A stretch of 64,000 nt of DNA from positions 8,893 to 72,892 of the forward strand of contig JBGFSC010000025.1 of the NCBI GenBank assembly GCA_041694815.1, given 5' to 3'. Shown piece by piece: positions 9,506-17,472 of the stretch. Both the position numbers and the translations under genes were made by a program. The stretch is from Elusimicrobiota bacterium (GTDB taxonomy: Bacteria > Elusimicrobiota > Elusimicrobia > UBA1565 > JACRDR01). A model generated the notes under the pieces. It worked only from the letters and a program-made list of their open reading frames with translations. It had not been told where the DNA came from and searched no databases. Every line of letters begins with the position of its first letter. The stretch's first letter is position 1.

Positions 9506-10816
9506 ATGCAAAAACAAAACATTTGCGTCATCGGCAGCGGCTACGTCGGCCTGGTCACCGGTGCCTGCCTGGCCCATCTGGGGCACCGGGTCGTATGCGT
9601 CGATTCCGACCGCAAGAAGATCGCCGACCTCAAAAAGGGGCGCAACCCGATCTACGAGCCGGGCTTAGGTGAGCTCTTGGCCGAGGGGCTGAGGAAGGGA
9701 AACCTGAGCTTCGCGACGAGCGTCTCCGAGGGGATGAGCCGCGGCGGCCGCGCCCAGGCCATCTTCATCGCGGTGGGCACCCCGCCGCGCCCCAACGGCT
9801 CGGCGGATCTCTCTTTCGTGGAGTCGGTCGCCGAGGAGGTGGCCAAAAACCTGAAATCGTACGCGGTGATCGTCGACAAGTCGACGGTCCCAGTCGAGAC
9901 GGGCGAATGGGTGCAGAAGACGGTGCAGCGCTTCAACAAGTCCGGCACGCCCTTCGACGTCGCCTCGAACCCGGAATTCCTGAGCGAAGGCTCCGCGGTC
10001 CAGGACTTCCTGCAGCCGGACCGCATCATCCTGGGAGTCTCATCGACGCGGGCCGAGGCGGCGCTCCGCGCCGTCTACGCGCCGATCAAGGCGCCGATCC
10101 TGGTGACCGACGTCAAGAGCGCGGAGCTTATCAAGCACGCCTCCAACTCCTTCTTGGCGACTAAGATCTCCTTCATCAATGCGGTCAGCGTGCTTTGCGA
10201 GAAGACGGGCGCCGACGTCACCCGGGTGGCGGAGGGCATGGGCCTCGACCGGCGCATCGGCAAGTCCTTCCTGCGCGCCGGCATCGGCTTCGGGGGCTTC
10301 TGCTTTCCCAAAGACCTGGAGGCCTTCCATTGGATCGCCCAAAAGAAGGGCTACGATTTCAAATTGCTCGAGGCCGTGCGGGAGATCAACGAATACCAGA
10401 AGGACTGGGTATCCCGCAAGGTCGAAGAGGAGCTCTGGAACCTCGAGGGCAAGCGGGTCGCGGTGCTGGGGCTGTCGTTTAAGCCGCACACCGACGACCT
10501 GCGCTTCGCCCCGAGCCTCGAGATCATAGCCAAGCTCCAGGCGAGCAAGGTCTCCGTGACGGCCTACGACCCGGTGGCCATGCCTAAGGCCAAGCGCCTG
10601 CTCAAGGGCGTTCGCTTCGCCAAGGACGCCTATGACGCCGCCAAGGACGCCGACTGCCTCATCCTCGTTACCGAATGGCCCCAGTTTTCCGAGCTCGACC
10701 CGGCGCGGCTCAAAGCGATCATGAGGCATCCCATCCTGCTCGACGGGCGCAACCTGTTCAATCCCAAGAAATGGCGGGCGGAGGGCTTCACGTACCGCGG
10801 CGTGGGCCGCCCGTGA
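9506..10816 (+). CDS. ugd: UDP-glucose 6-dehydrogenase
   Basis: [38 protein letters not shown], and a typical UDPGDH C-terminal domain. The start is the ATG at 9506. Confidence 0.9.
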   Translation: MQKQNICVIGSGYVGLVTGACLAHLGHRVVCVDSDRKKIADLKKGRNPIYEPGLGELLAEGLRKGNLSFATSVSEGMSRGGRAQAIFIAVGTPPRPNGSADLSFVESVAEEVAKNLKSYAVIVDKSTVPVETGEWVQKTVQRFNKSGTPFDVASNPEFLSEGSAVQDFLQPDRIILGVSSTRAEAALRAVYAPIKAPILVTDVKSAELIKHASNSFLATKISFINAVSVLCEKTGADVTRVAEGMGLDRRIGKSFLRAGIGFGGFCFPKDLEAFHWIAQKKGYDFKLLEAVREINEYQKDWVSRKVEEELWNLEGKRVAVLGLSFKPHTDDLRFAPSLEIIAKLQASKVSVTAYDPVAMPKAKRLLKGVRFAKDAYDAAKDADCLILVTEWPQFSELDPARLKAIMRHPILLDGRNLFNPKKWRAEGFTYRGVGRP

Positions 10817-11742
10817 GGATACTCATCACCGGGGGCGCCGGGTTCATCGGGAGCCACCTCTGCGAGCGCTTCCTCAAGGACGGCGACACGGTGATCGCGA
10901 TGGACAACCTCCTCACCGGCCGCATCGAGAACGTCAAGCACCTCTTCGGTCACGAGCGCTTCACCTTCCATAAGCAGGACGTCACCCAGTTCATCCACGT
11001 GCCGGGCAAGGTGGACGCGGTGCTGCATTTCGCCAGCCCTGCGAGCCCGGTCGATTACATGCATTTCCCGATCCCGACGCTCAAGGTCGGCGCGTTGGGG
11101 ACGCACAAGGCGCTCGGCCTGGCCAAGGACAAGAAGGCCGTGTTCATGCTCGCCTCCACCTCGGAAGTCTACGGCGACCCGCAGGTCAACCCGCAGCCGG
11201 AGAGCTACTGGGGCCATGTCAATCCCATCGGGCCGCGCGGGGTCTACGACGAGGCCAAGCGCTTCGCCGAGGCCATGACCATGGCCTATTATCGCTTCCA
11301 CAAGATGCAGGTGCGCATCGCGCGCATCTTCAACACCTACGGCGAGCGCATGCGCATCGAAGACGGCCGGGCCGTGCCCAATTTCATGACCCAGGCGGTC
11401 AAGGGCCGGCCGATCACGATCTACGGCGACGGCCGACAGACCCGCAGCCTCTGCTACATCTCGGACTTGGTCGACGGCATCCACCGCCTGCTGCATTCCA
11501 AGGTCAACGCCCCGGTCAACCTGGGGAACCCGCAGGAGATCACGATCGCCCGGCTCGCGGAGACGATCCGCTCCCTCTCGGGCTCTCGCTCCAAGATCGT
11601 CCGCAAGCCGCTTCCCGTCGACGACCCCAAGCAGCGCTGCCCCGACATCCGGCTGGCCCGCAAGCAGCTCGGCTGGTCGCCGAAGGTTCCCCTCGAGACC
11701 GGACTGCGCAAAACGCTTGCCTACTTCCGCCAAGCCCTGTAG
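10813..11742 (+). CDS. uxs: UDP-glucuronate decarboxylase (UDP-xylose synthase), SDR family
   Basis: [14 protein letters not shown], the YDEAKR catalytic motif, and high overall similarity to UXS. The GTG start overlaps the ugd stop (GTGA at 10813-10816). Confidence 0.85.
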   Translation: MRILITGGAGFIGSHLCERFLKDGDTVIAMDNLLTGRIENVKHLFGHERFTFHKQDVTQFIHVPGKVDAVLHFASPASPVDYMHFPIPTLKVGALGTHKALGLAKDKKAVFMLASTSEVYGDPQVNPQPESYWGHVNPIGPRGVYDEAKRFAEAMTMAYYRFHKMQVRIARIFNTYGERMRIEDGRAVPNFMTQAVKGRPITIYGDGRQTRSLCYISDLVDGIHRLLHSKVNAPVNLGNPQEITIARLAETIRSLSGSRSKIVRKPLPVDDPKQRCPDIRLARKQLGWSPKVPLETGLRKTLAYFRQAL

Positions 11743-11755
11743 GTGCCAGGCATCC

Positions 11756-11782
11756 ACTTTCTACACTTTCTCAACTTTCTCA
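11756..11782. repeat. Three tandem 9-bp repeats (ACTTTCTAC ACTTTCTCA ACTTTCTCA)
   Basis: Read directly from the sequence, 14 nt after the uxs stop codon. Confidence 0.8.
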
Positions 11783-11841
11783 GGCCTTAAGTATTTTTTG
11801 CAGCGTGATAGCTTTTTTGTCGACAACCTGACACCCGTTCT

Positions 11842-11875
11842 TTCGAAAAGAAAGACCCCGGTTTCCCGGGGTCTT
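11842..11875 (-). terminator. Rho-independent terminator (minus strand)
   Basis: The minus-strand RNA reads AAGACCCCGG-GAAA-CCGGGGUCUU followed by UCUUUUCG. That is a 10-bp GC-rich stem, a GNRA tetraloop and a U-tract. On the plus strand no U-tract follows. Confidence 0.8.
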
Positions 11876-11900
11876 GGGTAGTTCAACTCGCTGACCGTCA
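11842..11900 (-). ncRNA. Candidate ~55-60 nt small RNA (promoter to terminator unit)
   Basis: A near-consensus promoter sits immediately upstream (11907-11935, minus strand) and the intrinsic terminator at 11842-11875 is about 25 nt downstream of the predicted start. There is no start codon or ORF in between. Confidence 0.35.
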
Positions 11901-11906
11901 ACGAGG

Positions 11907-11935
11907 AATATAATAGACGTCCCGTATTTTGTCAA
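11907..11935 (-). promoter_or_regulatory. Near-consensus sigma70 promoter on the minus strand
   Basis: The minus strand reads TTGACA - 17 nt (aaatacgggacgtctat) - TATATT, counted by hand. It lies in the 224-nt gap between the stop of the Cys-rich gene (12099) and the terminator. Confidence 0.55.
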
Positions 11936-12098
11936 TCGTTCCGGCTGTGGGCCCGAAGTAGTTCGACTCCCACGAGCTGACAATAGAACTGACACTTGGA
12001 CCCAGGGGCTTCAAAATTGTCGGTCAAAATGTCAGCCGCACGACCGCAGGGCCTGAGTGCTTCCGAAAGGCCCTATGTTCTGGCCTTTGAGTTTGCCG

Positions 12099-12716
12099 TC
12101 ACCAGTGATCATGGCTCGTCCCGATCTCACATTTCCCATACGACCAGGCGCTCCCGCCCTCGCAACGATAGCCTTGCGGGCAGTCGCCGGCGCTGTGGCA
12201 GCCGCCGCTGCTGCCCCAGGGATCGGAGCTCTTGCCGGCCTCGCATTTCCCATACGACCACGAGCTGCCGCCCTGACACCGGTAGCCTTCCGGACAATCG
12301 CTCGCGCTGCGGCAGCCGCCATTGCCCCAGCTGTCGGAGCTTTTGCCGGCCTCGCATTTCCCGTACGACCACGAGCTGCCGCCCTGGCATCGGTAGCCCT
12401 CCGGACAATCGCTCGCGCTGCGGCAGCCGCCGCTGCTGCCCCAGGGATCGGAGCTCTTGCCGGCTTCGCATTTCCCATACGACCACGAGCTGCCGCCCTG
12501 GCATCGATATCCTTGGGGGCAGTCTTCGGCGCTGCGGCAGCCGCCGTTGCCCCAGCCATCGGAGCTCTTGCCGGCTTCGCATTTCCCATACGACCACGAG
12601 CTGCCGCCCTGACACCGGTAGCCTTCCGGGCAATCGCTCGCGCTGCGGCACCCGCCGCCGGCCGAGGAGATGCCAGACTGCGCGCCGAGAATCAAAATGA
12701 CGATCAAGTTCATCAT
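12099..12716 (-). CDS. Secreted cysteine-rich tandem-repeat protein (5 x 37/38-aa four-Cys modules); no family recognised
   Basis: The SD AAGGAGG lies 7 nt before ATGATG at 12716. A hydrophobic signal-like N-terminus (MMNLIVILILGAQSGISSA) is followed by five copies of C-x5-C-x5-C-x10-C (CRSASDCPEGYRCQGGSSWSYGKCEAGKSSDxWGxxGG). Confidence 0.8.
   Translation of the reverse strand: MMNLIVILILGAQSGISSAGGGCRSASDCPEGYRCQGGSSWSYGKCEAGKSSDGWGNGGCRSAEDCPQGYRCQGGSSWSYGKCEAGKSSDPWGSSGGCRSASDCPEGYRCQGGSSWSYGKCEAGKSSDSWGNGGCRSASDCPEGYRCQGGSSWSYGKCEAGKSSDPWGSSGGCHSAGDCPQGYRCEGGSAWSYGKCEIGTSHDHW
12110..12650. repeat. Tandem DNA repeat with alternating 114/111-bp units (225-bp super-unit)
   Basis: The GCATTTCCCATACGACCACGAGCTGCCGCCCTG core recurs at about 12129 (variant), 12243, 12354, 12468 and 12579. 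The spacings are 114, 111, 114 and 111 bp. Confidence 0.9.
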
Positions 12717-12899
12717 AGTCACACCTCCTTACTTACGAGGATTTATAGCCGGTAAAGCCCAGGCGCCAGGACAGGAAGACCTAACCGCCTCCAAGGCCCT
12801 TGGTCCTATATTCTTTCAGCTTCCCGTTATTGAAAATTTAACAAGGTACAGCTACCCTTTTGGAGTTGCCGCGAATACTTTTTATTAGGGAAGGCTGAC

Positions 12900-15800
12900 A
12901 TGGACGAACCCCAAATGGACCCCTCCGCCGTCACCGACGTCGAGACGGCGCGGCTCGCCCTGCGCTGGGCCTTAGAGCGCATCCATCTCCTCCAGGAGGA
13001 GTCCGGCAAGGCCAAGGAAACAGCCAAGGACGCCCTGGAAAAGCTTCGCCTAGCGGGCGAGGCCCTGGCCCAGAAAGACGAGACCCTACGACGCTGGCAA
13101 AACACGCTCAAGACCTGGGAAGCCAATCTCCGAGACCACCAGAGCATGGAGGAAACGATCCGAGAGCGCCTGCGCAAGGAGCTCATGGTCGAGGAGGACG
13201 CCCGGCAGCAGGAGGCGCGCAACCAGCTCCTCAAGCAGATCGACTCGCTCAGGCGGGAATTGACGGAGCGCGAGAGCGCCATCGGGCAGCTCAAGCGCGA
13301 CCATATCGACGCGCTCCGGGACGTACGCCGCCAGATGGAGAAAGAGGCCGAGAATCTGCTCCGCCACCAGGAGAAGGCCTTCGAGCAAACGAAGGCCGCC
13401 ATACTGGAGCGCGTCAAGGTCCAGGAGGAGAGCCTGCGGGCCAAGGAGCAGGACTTAGAGCGCCAGCAGCGCATGCTCGACGAGAGGGTCTCGGCCCGGG
13501 AGCTCGAGATCCGCAAGAATTACCAGGGCCTGGAGGCGGAGCTCGAGCGGCACGCTCGCGAGGCCCTGGCGCTCCAAGAGAAGGAGCTCAGGGCCGATTA
13601 CGCCAAGCGGGCGCAGGAACTGGAAGCCTCCTACAAGAACAAGGTCGAGGCCGAATGGGGACACTTCCACGAGAAGCTAGAAGCCGAACGCCGGCTCATG
13701 GAGCAGCATTACCGCGAGAAGGAGGCCAAGCTCGATCAGGCCGTTTTGTTGCGCAACCAGGACATACAGGCCCATTACCAGCAGACCGAGCAGGCCCTCA
13801 TCGCCAAGTACCAGGCGATCCAGGATCAATTGATCGCCAAGGAGAAGGAGCTGTGGGCGGCCCATCGCAAGCAGCTCGACGAATCCCTGGCGAAGAACCG
13901 CAACGAAGTCGAGGAGCAGCGGCGGCAGCTCGAGCAGGCCTACCTGCAGAAGCAGGCGGCCCTCAACGCAGAGCGCCAAGAGCTGCGCGAAGCGCTTTCG
14001 AAAAAGGAGGCCGAATTCGCGGCGCGCCACGAGGCGCTGGTCCTGGAATACCGGGCCGTGGAGGAGAAGCTGCGCTCGCAGCTGGAGGAGGAGCGCGCGG
14101 CGATGGAGACACGCCTCAAGGAACGGGAGCTCGAGCTCGAATCCCGACAACAGCAGCTGCTCGAGCAGTCACGGGCCAAGGAAATCGAGCTCCGCGGCCA
14201 CCTGGAGGCCGAACGCGCGCAGTTGGAGCAGCATTTTAAGGCCAAGGAAGCAGAACTGGACCGGCGCCTGGCCTCCGCCGAAGCGCAACTGGAATCCCGG
14301 ACCGCCGAGTTGGAGGCGGCCTACCAGGAGAAAGAAAAGGCCTTGCGCGCGAGGCAGGCGGAGGAGGAATCGGAGGCCGCCAAGCGCTGGACGCAGCGGG
14401 AGCGCGAGCTCCTCGCCGAGCAGCAGAAGATCCTGGAGGCCGTCCGTGGCGAGGCCCGCTCCGAACTCGACGCCGAGCGCAGGCATTTGGAGGCGCTGCT
14501 TTCTCAGCGCCAGGCCGAGTGGTCCGAGACGATGGCCGCCCAAGAGGCCCAGCTGCGGCAGAATCTGCAGGAGGAGCAGGCCCGCTGGCTCGCCGCGCAG
14601 CAGGCGCTCTACGAGGGACTGCGAAAGGAACTCGCCGCGAAGGCCATCGAGGAATCGGCGGCATTGCGCCGGCAACATGACCAACAATTGGGCCGCGAAC
14701 TGGAGGCGCTGCAAAAACGCCACGCGGACGAGCTCGCGGCGGCGGAGAAAAAGCTCAAGGAGCGGCTCCAAGCCGCCTTCGCCGAGAAGGAAAGGCGACT
14801 CCTGGAGGCCTTCGAGCTCCAGGAGGCCGAGCTGCGAGCGGAACTCGCGGAGAGGGACGCGGGCTACCGCGCGGCGCATGAGCGCGCCTACGAGGAGAAG
14901 CGCCGCGCCCTGGCCCAGGAGTTTTCGGAGCGCGAGCGCGAGCTCGAGTCTCGGCTCACCGCGCGCGAAGCTCAGTCCCGCGAGGCCTGGGCCAAGCGGG
15001 AGGCGGAGATATTGGCGCAGCGGGACGCTCTGATCGCCAACGAGCGCGCGCGCCTAGAGCACGAGTTCAAGCAGAAGCAGTCCCTGCTGGAATCCGAACG
15101 CATGCGGGCCCAGGAGGAGCAGTCCGCCCGGATACGGGAACTGGAGTCCGGCTACAGCGAGAAGCTGCGGCGCATGGAGGAGGACTACCAGCGGAGGCAC
15201 GAGGAGCTCGAGGCCGCCCGGATCCAGATGGTCCTGGAGAACCGCAACCGCGAGGCGAAGATGGAGGAGAGGATCCAGGCCCGTGAGGCGGAGCTCAAGC
15301 GGGCTTTCGACGCCCGGAAGGCCGAGTTCGACGAGAAGGAAGTGCAGATGCAGGCCCGCTGGATACAGCGGGAAGCAGAGCTGAGTGAGGCGCTCTCCGC
15401 CCGCGAGGCGGCCTGGATGAAGGCGCAGCGTGACTCCATGTCCCGCGAGCAGCAGGTGGCCGACGCCGCCAAGCAGCAGGAATGGCAGGCCAGGCGCGAG
15501 GAGCTGGAGTTGAGCTACCAAGAGCGCGCCAAGATGCTCGACGACGCCGCGCGCGCCAAGCAGCGCGAGATGGAGGAATTCCTGCTGCGCAAGGAGAAGG
15601 ACCTCATCCTCGCCTACGAGGAGCGGGTATTCAAGGCCAGGACCGAGCTCGACGCCGCCTACCAATCCCGCGAGGAGGCCTTGGAGCTCAAGCACCTGGA
15701 GCTCGAGCGCAAATTGACCGCGAACTGGGTCTCGCGCGAGACGGCTTGGAAGCAGCAGAAGACCGACATCATGGACCGAGAGATCGCCGCGCTCCGACAG

Positions 15801-16172
15801 GATTTCATCCAGAAGGAAGCCGCGCTGAGCGCGCGCGTGGCGGAGCAGGAGAGGGTCCTGGCCGAGCGCAAGAAGGAGCTCGAGGAGAAATACGAGTGCC
15901 TGCAGCGCGAGGCCCAAGAGGCGCTCGGGCAGGAGCGCTCACGGCAGAACCTGGAGCTGCTCGAGAAGGAGCAGGCTCTCATCGAGCAGTACCAGAAACG
16001 CGAGGCCGAAATGGTCGGCGATTACAATCACAAGCGGGCGGAGATGGCCTCGCTTTACGAGGAAAAACTACGCCGCCTGGCCGCCGAGCGCGCCCAATTG
16101 CAGAAGGATTACGAGAAAAAGATTTTGGACCTCGCCGAACGGGGCAAGGATCAGCCTCGGGCGAAGGACTAA
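12900..16172 (+). CDS. 1090-aa coiled-coil protein (E/R/A/K/Q/L-rich, no enzymatic motif, no signal peptide)
   Basis: This is the only long ORF in the region. It has an ATG with a GGGAAGG SD 6 nt upstream, and uninterrupted helical low-complexity sequence with almost no Pro or Gly over more than 1000 aa. Confidence 0.85.
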   Translation: MDEPQMDPSAVTDVETARLALRWALERIHLLQEESGKAKETAKDALEKLRLAGEALAQKDETLRRWQNTLKTWEANLRDHQSMEETIRERLRKELMVEEDARQQEARNQLLKQIDSLRRELTERESAIGQLKRDHIDALRDVRRQMEKEAENLLRHQEKAFEQTKAAILERVKVQEESLRAKEQDLERQQRMLDERVSARELEIRKNYQGLEAELERHAREALALQEKELRADYAKRAQELEASYKNKVEAEWGHFHEKLEAERRLMEQHYREKEAKLDQAVLLRNQDIQAHYQQTEQALIAKYQAIQDQLIAKEKELWAAHRKQLDESLAKNRNEVEEQRRQLEQAYLQKQAALNAERQELREALSKKEAEFAARHEALVLEYRAVEEKLRSQLEEERAAMETRLKERELELESRQQQLLEQSRAKEIELRGHLEAERAQLEQHFKAKEAELDRRLASAEAQLESRTAELEAAYQEKEKALRARQAEEESEAAKRWTQRERELLAEQQKILEAVRGEARSELDAERRHLEALLSQRQAEWSETMAAQEAQLRQNLQEEQARWLAAQQALYEGLRKELAAKAIEESAALRRQHDQQLGRELEALQKRHADELAAAEKKLKERLQAAFAEKERRLLEAFELQEAELRAELAERDAGYRAAHERAYEEKRRALAQEFSERERELESRLTAREAQSREAWAKREAEILAQRDALIANERARLEHEFKQKQSLLESERMRAQEEQSARIRELESGYSEKLRRMEEDYQRRHEELEAARIQMVLENRNREAKMEERIQAREAELKRAFDARKAEFDEKEVQMQARWIQREAELSEALSAREAAWMKAQRDSMSREQQVADAAKQQEWQARREELELSYQERAKMLDDAARAKQREMEEFLLRKEKDLILAYEERVFKARTELDAAYQSREEALELKHLELERKLTANWVSRETAWKQQKTDIMDREIAALRQDFIQKEAALSARVAEQERVLAERKKELEEKYECLQREAQEALGQERSRQNLELLEKEQALIEQYQKREAEMVGDYNHKRAEMASLYEEKLRRLAAERAQLQKDYEKKILDLAERGKDQPRAKD

Positions 16173-16236
16173 AGGCCTAGTCCCGTAAGGCCTTTCGGCC
16201 CAGGCGTCAATCCTCCCGTCCGCCTATACTGTAGGC

Positions 16237-17472
16237 GTGAAACGCATTTTACCACCTATTCTTTCGCTTTTTCTCTTTTCTGCCTCCATGGCTCAGAATC
16301 CGTCAGAAGGGCTCAACCAGCTCTTCGACGGCTCTTCCAGCCGAGGCCTGCTCGACGATTTCATTAAGAAGGACCTGGTCAAGGAAAAGCTGCGCCTGGA
16401 GGATTACAGCGTTTACGGAGTCGCCTATAGCCCCGATGGAACGAAATTCGCTACGGGCGGCGGCGACGGCATGGTGCTTCTCTGGGACGCGGTAAGCGGC
16501 AAGCTCCTTCGCTCCTTCATGGGCCATCCCGGACATCCGACTGCCTCCTGCTCCGCAAGCGTATGCGCGTCGGCCCCGCCCAAAGGCGAGGCGATCCGTT
16601 CGATCCAGTTCAGCAAGGACGGTTCCTGGCTCATGACCGCGACCTTCGGGGAAGTATCCCTTTGGAACCCTCAGACTGGCGAGAAAGTATCCCATCTCGA
16701 TCCCGAGCACTTCGTCATAGGCCAGGCGGTTTTAAGCCCCGATGCGTCTCGTATCTTGTTGCGGGACGATGTCAGGGGACCCGGGGTTTTCGATACGCGC
16801 ACCCAAAAACAATTAACGGACCTTCGAAAACCTTTCCGGAATATCGTCGCGGCCTCTCTAAGCCCGGACGGGCTCAAACTCCTGACGGCCGCAAATACCA
16901 GCGAGTGCGGGATAATCTGCGACTGGATCGGCATCGCCAAGGAGCTTCATCCACGTTGGCCCATAGGAAATGTCAAGGAACGGTCGATCAAGGGTGGAGG
17001 CCGGCTGGCGGGCGCATGGTTCAGCCCGGACGGATCGAAACTGCTCACCAACAATTTCTCCGATTACCGATTCACACTTTGGAATACAGCGGACTGGCAA
17101 AAAATTACCGATCTTAAAGACCTCCGAGGGCCCATCGAATCGGCCGTGTGGAGCCCCGACGGCTCGAAGCTGCTCATCATCGGCTTCGAGGATCCGATCA
17201 TTTACGACGTGCATAGCGGCACGCCATGGATCGCATTGCCCGTCGGCCGGACCCTATCGGGCGCCTTTTCCGAGGACGGCAGCCGCTTGATCCTAACCGC
17301 CGCGGACCGCAGCATCCGCATGTGGCGGATCGGGATGAACGCGGAGGACGAGAGGGAGTTGGCGAAAAGCTACTCCGGTCCCCTGTCGCAACAGGCCTCG
17401 ACCTCCTCGGCGCCCAAGGGAAGCGCCGAGGAACGCTTCAAGATCGACTGGGGATTGTTCCTTAAGCCTTAG
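16237..17472 (+). CDS. Secreted WD40 beta-propeller protein
   Basis: Signal peptide MKRILPPILSLFLFSASMAQ. WD repeats are present (VYGVAYSPDGTKFATGGGDGMVLLWDAVSGKLLRSFMGH; several SPDGSKLL...W blades). The start codon is GTG. Confidence 0.85.
   Translation: MKRILPPILSLFLFSASMAQNPSEGLNQLFDGSSSRGLLDDFIKKDLVKEKLRLEDYSVYGVAYSPDGTKFATGGGDGMVLLWDAVSGKLLRSFMGHPGHPTASCSASVCASAPPKGEAIRSIQFSKDGSWLMTATFGEVSLWNPQTGEKVSHLDPEHFVIGQAVLSPDASRILLRDDVRGPGVFDTRTQKQLTDLRKPFRNIVAASLSPDGLKLLTAANTSECGIICDWIGIAKELHPRWPIGNVKERSIKGGGRLAGAWFSPDGSKLLTNNFSDYRFTLWNTADWQKITDLKDLRGPIESAVWSPDGSKLLIIGFEDPIIYDVHSGTPWIALPVGRTLSGAFSEDGSRLILTAADRSIRMWRIGMNAEDERELAKSYSGPLSQQASTSSAPKGSAEERFKIDWGLFLKP

Noticed and set aside
10630-11757. 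A 375-aa minus-strand ORF antisense to uxs
   Set aside because: The plus-strand frame is an unmistakable SDR/UXS. The antisense product is low-complexity (Asp/Arg/Ala/Leu/Gly).
11780-11995. A 71-aa minus-strand ORF in the uxs / Cys-rich gene spacer
   Set aside because: It reads straight through the promoter-like hexamers and the intrinsic terminator hairpin. It has no SD and starts with GTG inside a CTGACA repeat. The region is better explained as regulatory DNA or an sRNA.
12110-12650. A possible CRISPR array (regular ~111-114-bp periodicity)
   Set aside because: The whole unit is repeated with no unique spacers, it lies inside a coding frame with conserved Cys codons, and no cas genes are present. 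No other CRISPR-like array was seen in the window.
11996-12755. Four alternative long ORFs across the tandem repeat (11996..12700 +, 12057..12755 +, 12032..12589 -, 12127..12651 -)
   Set aside because: Repeat DNA without stop codons stays open in several frames. Only the 12099..12716 minus frame has an SD, a signal-like N-terminus and a regular four-Cys periodicity. The other frames give Arg/Ser/Pro/Ala low-complexity strings.
12754-12769. A sigma54-like TGGCGC-N5-CTTT on the minus strand upstream of the Cys-rich gene
   Set aside because: The -12 element lacks the conserved GC (TTGC), and no enhancer-binding protein gene is nearby.
13086-15982. Many 70-290-aa ORFs on both strands within the coiled-coil gene
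   Set aside because: They are by-products of the GAG/CGC/GCC-rich repetitive coding sequence. They lack starts with an SD and overlap one continuous 1090-aa frame.
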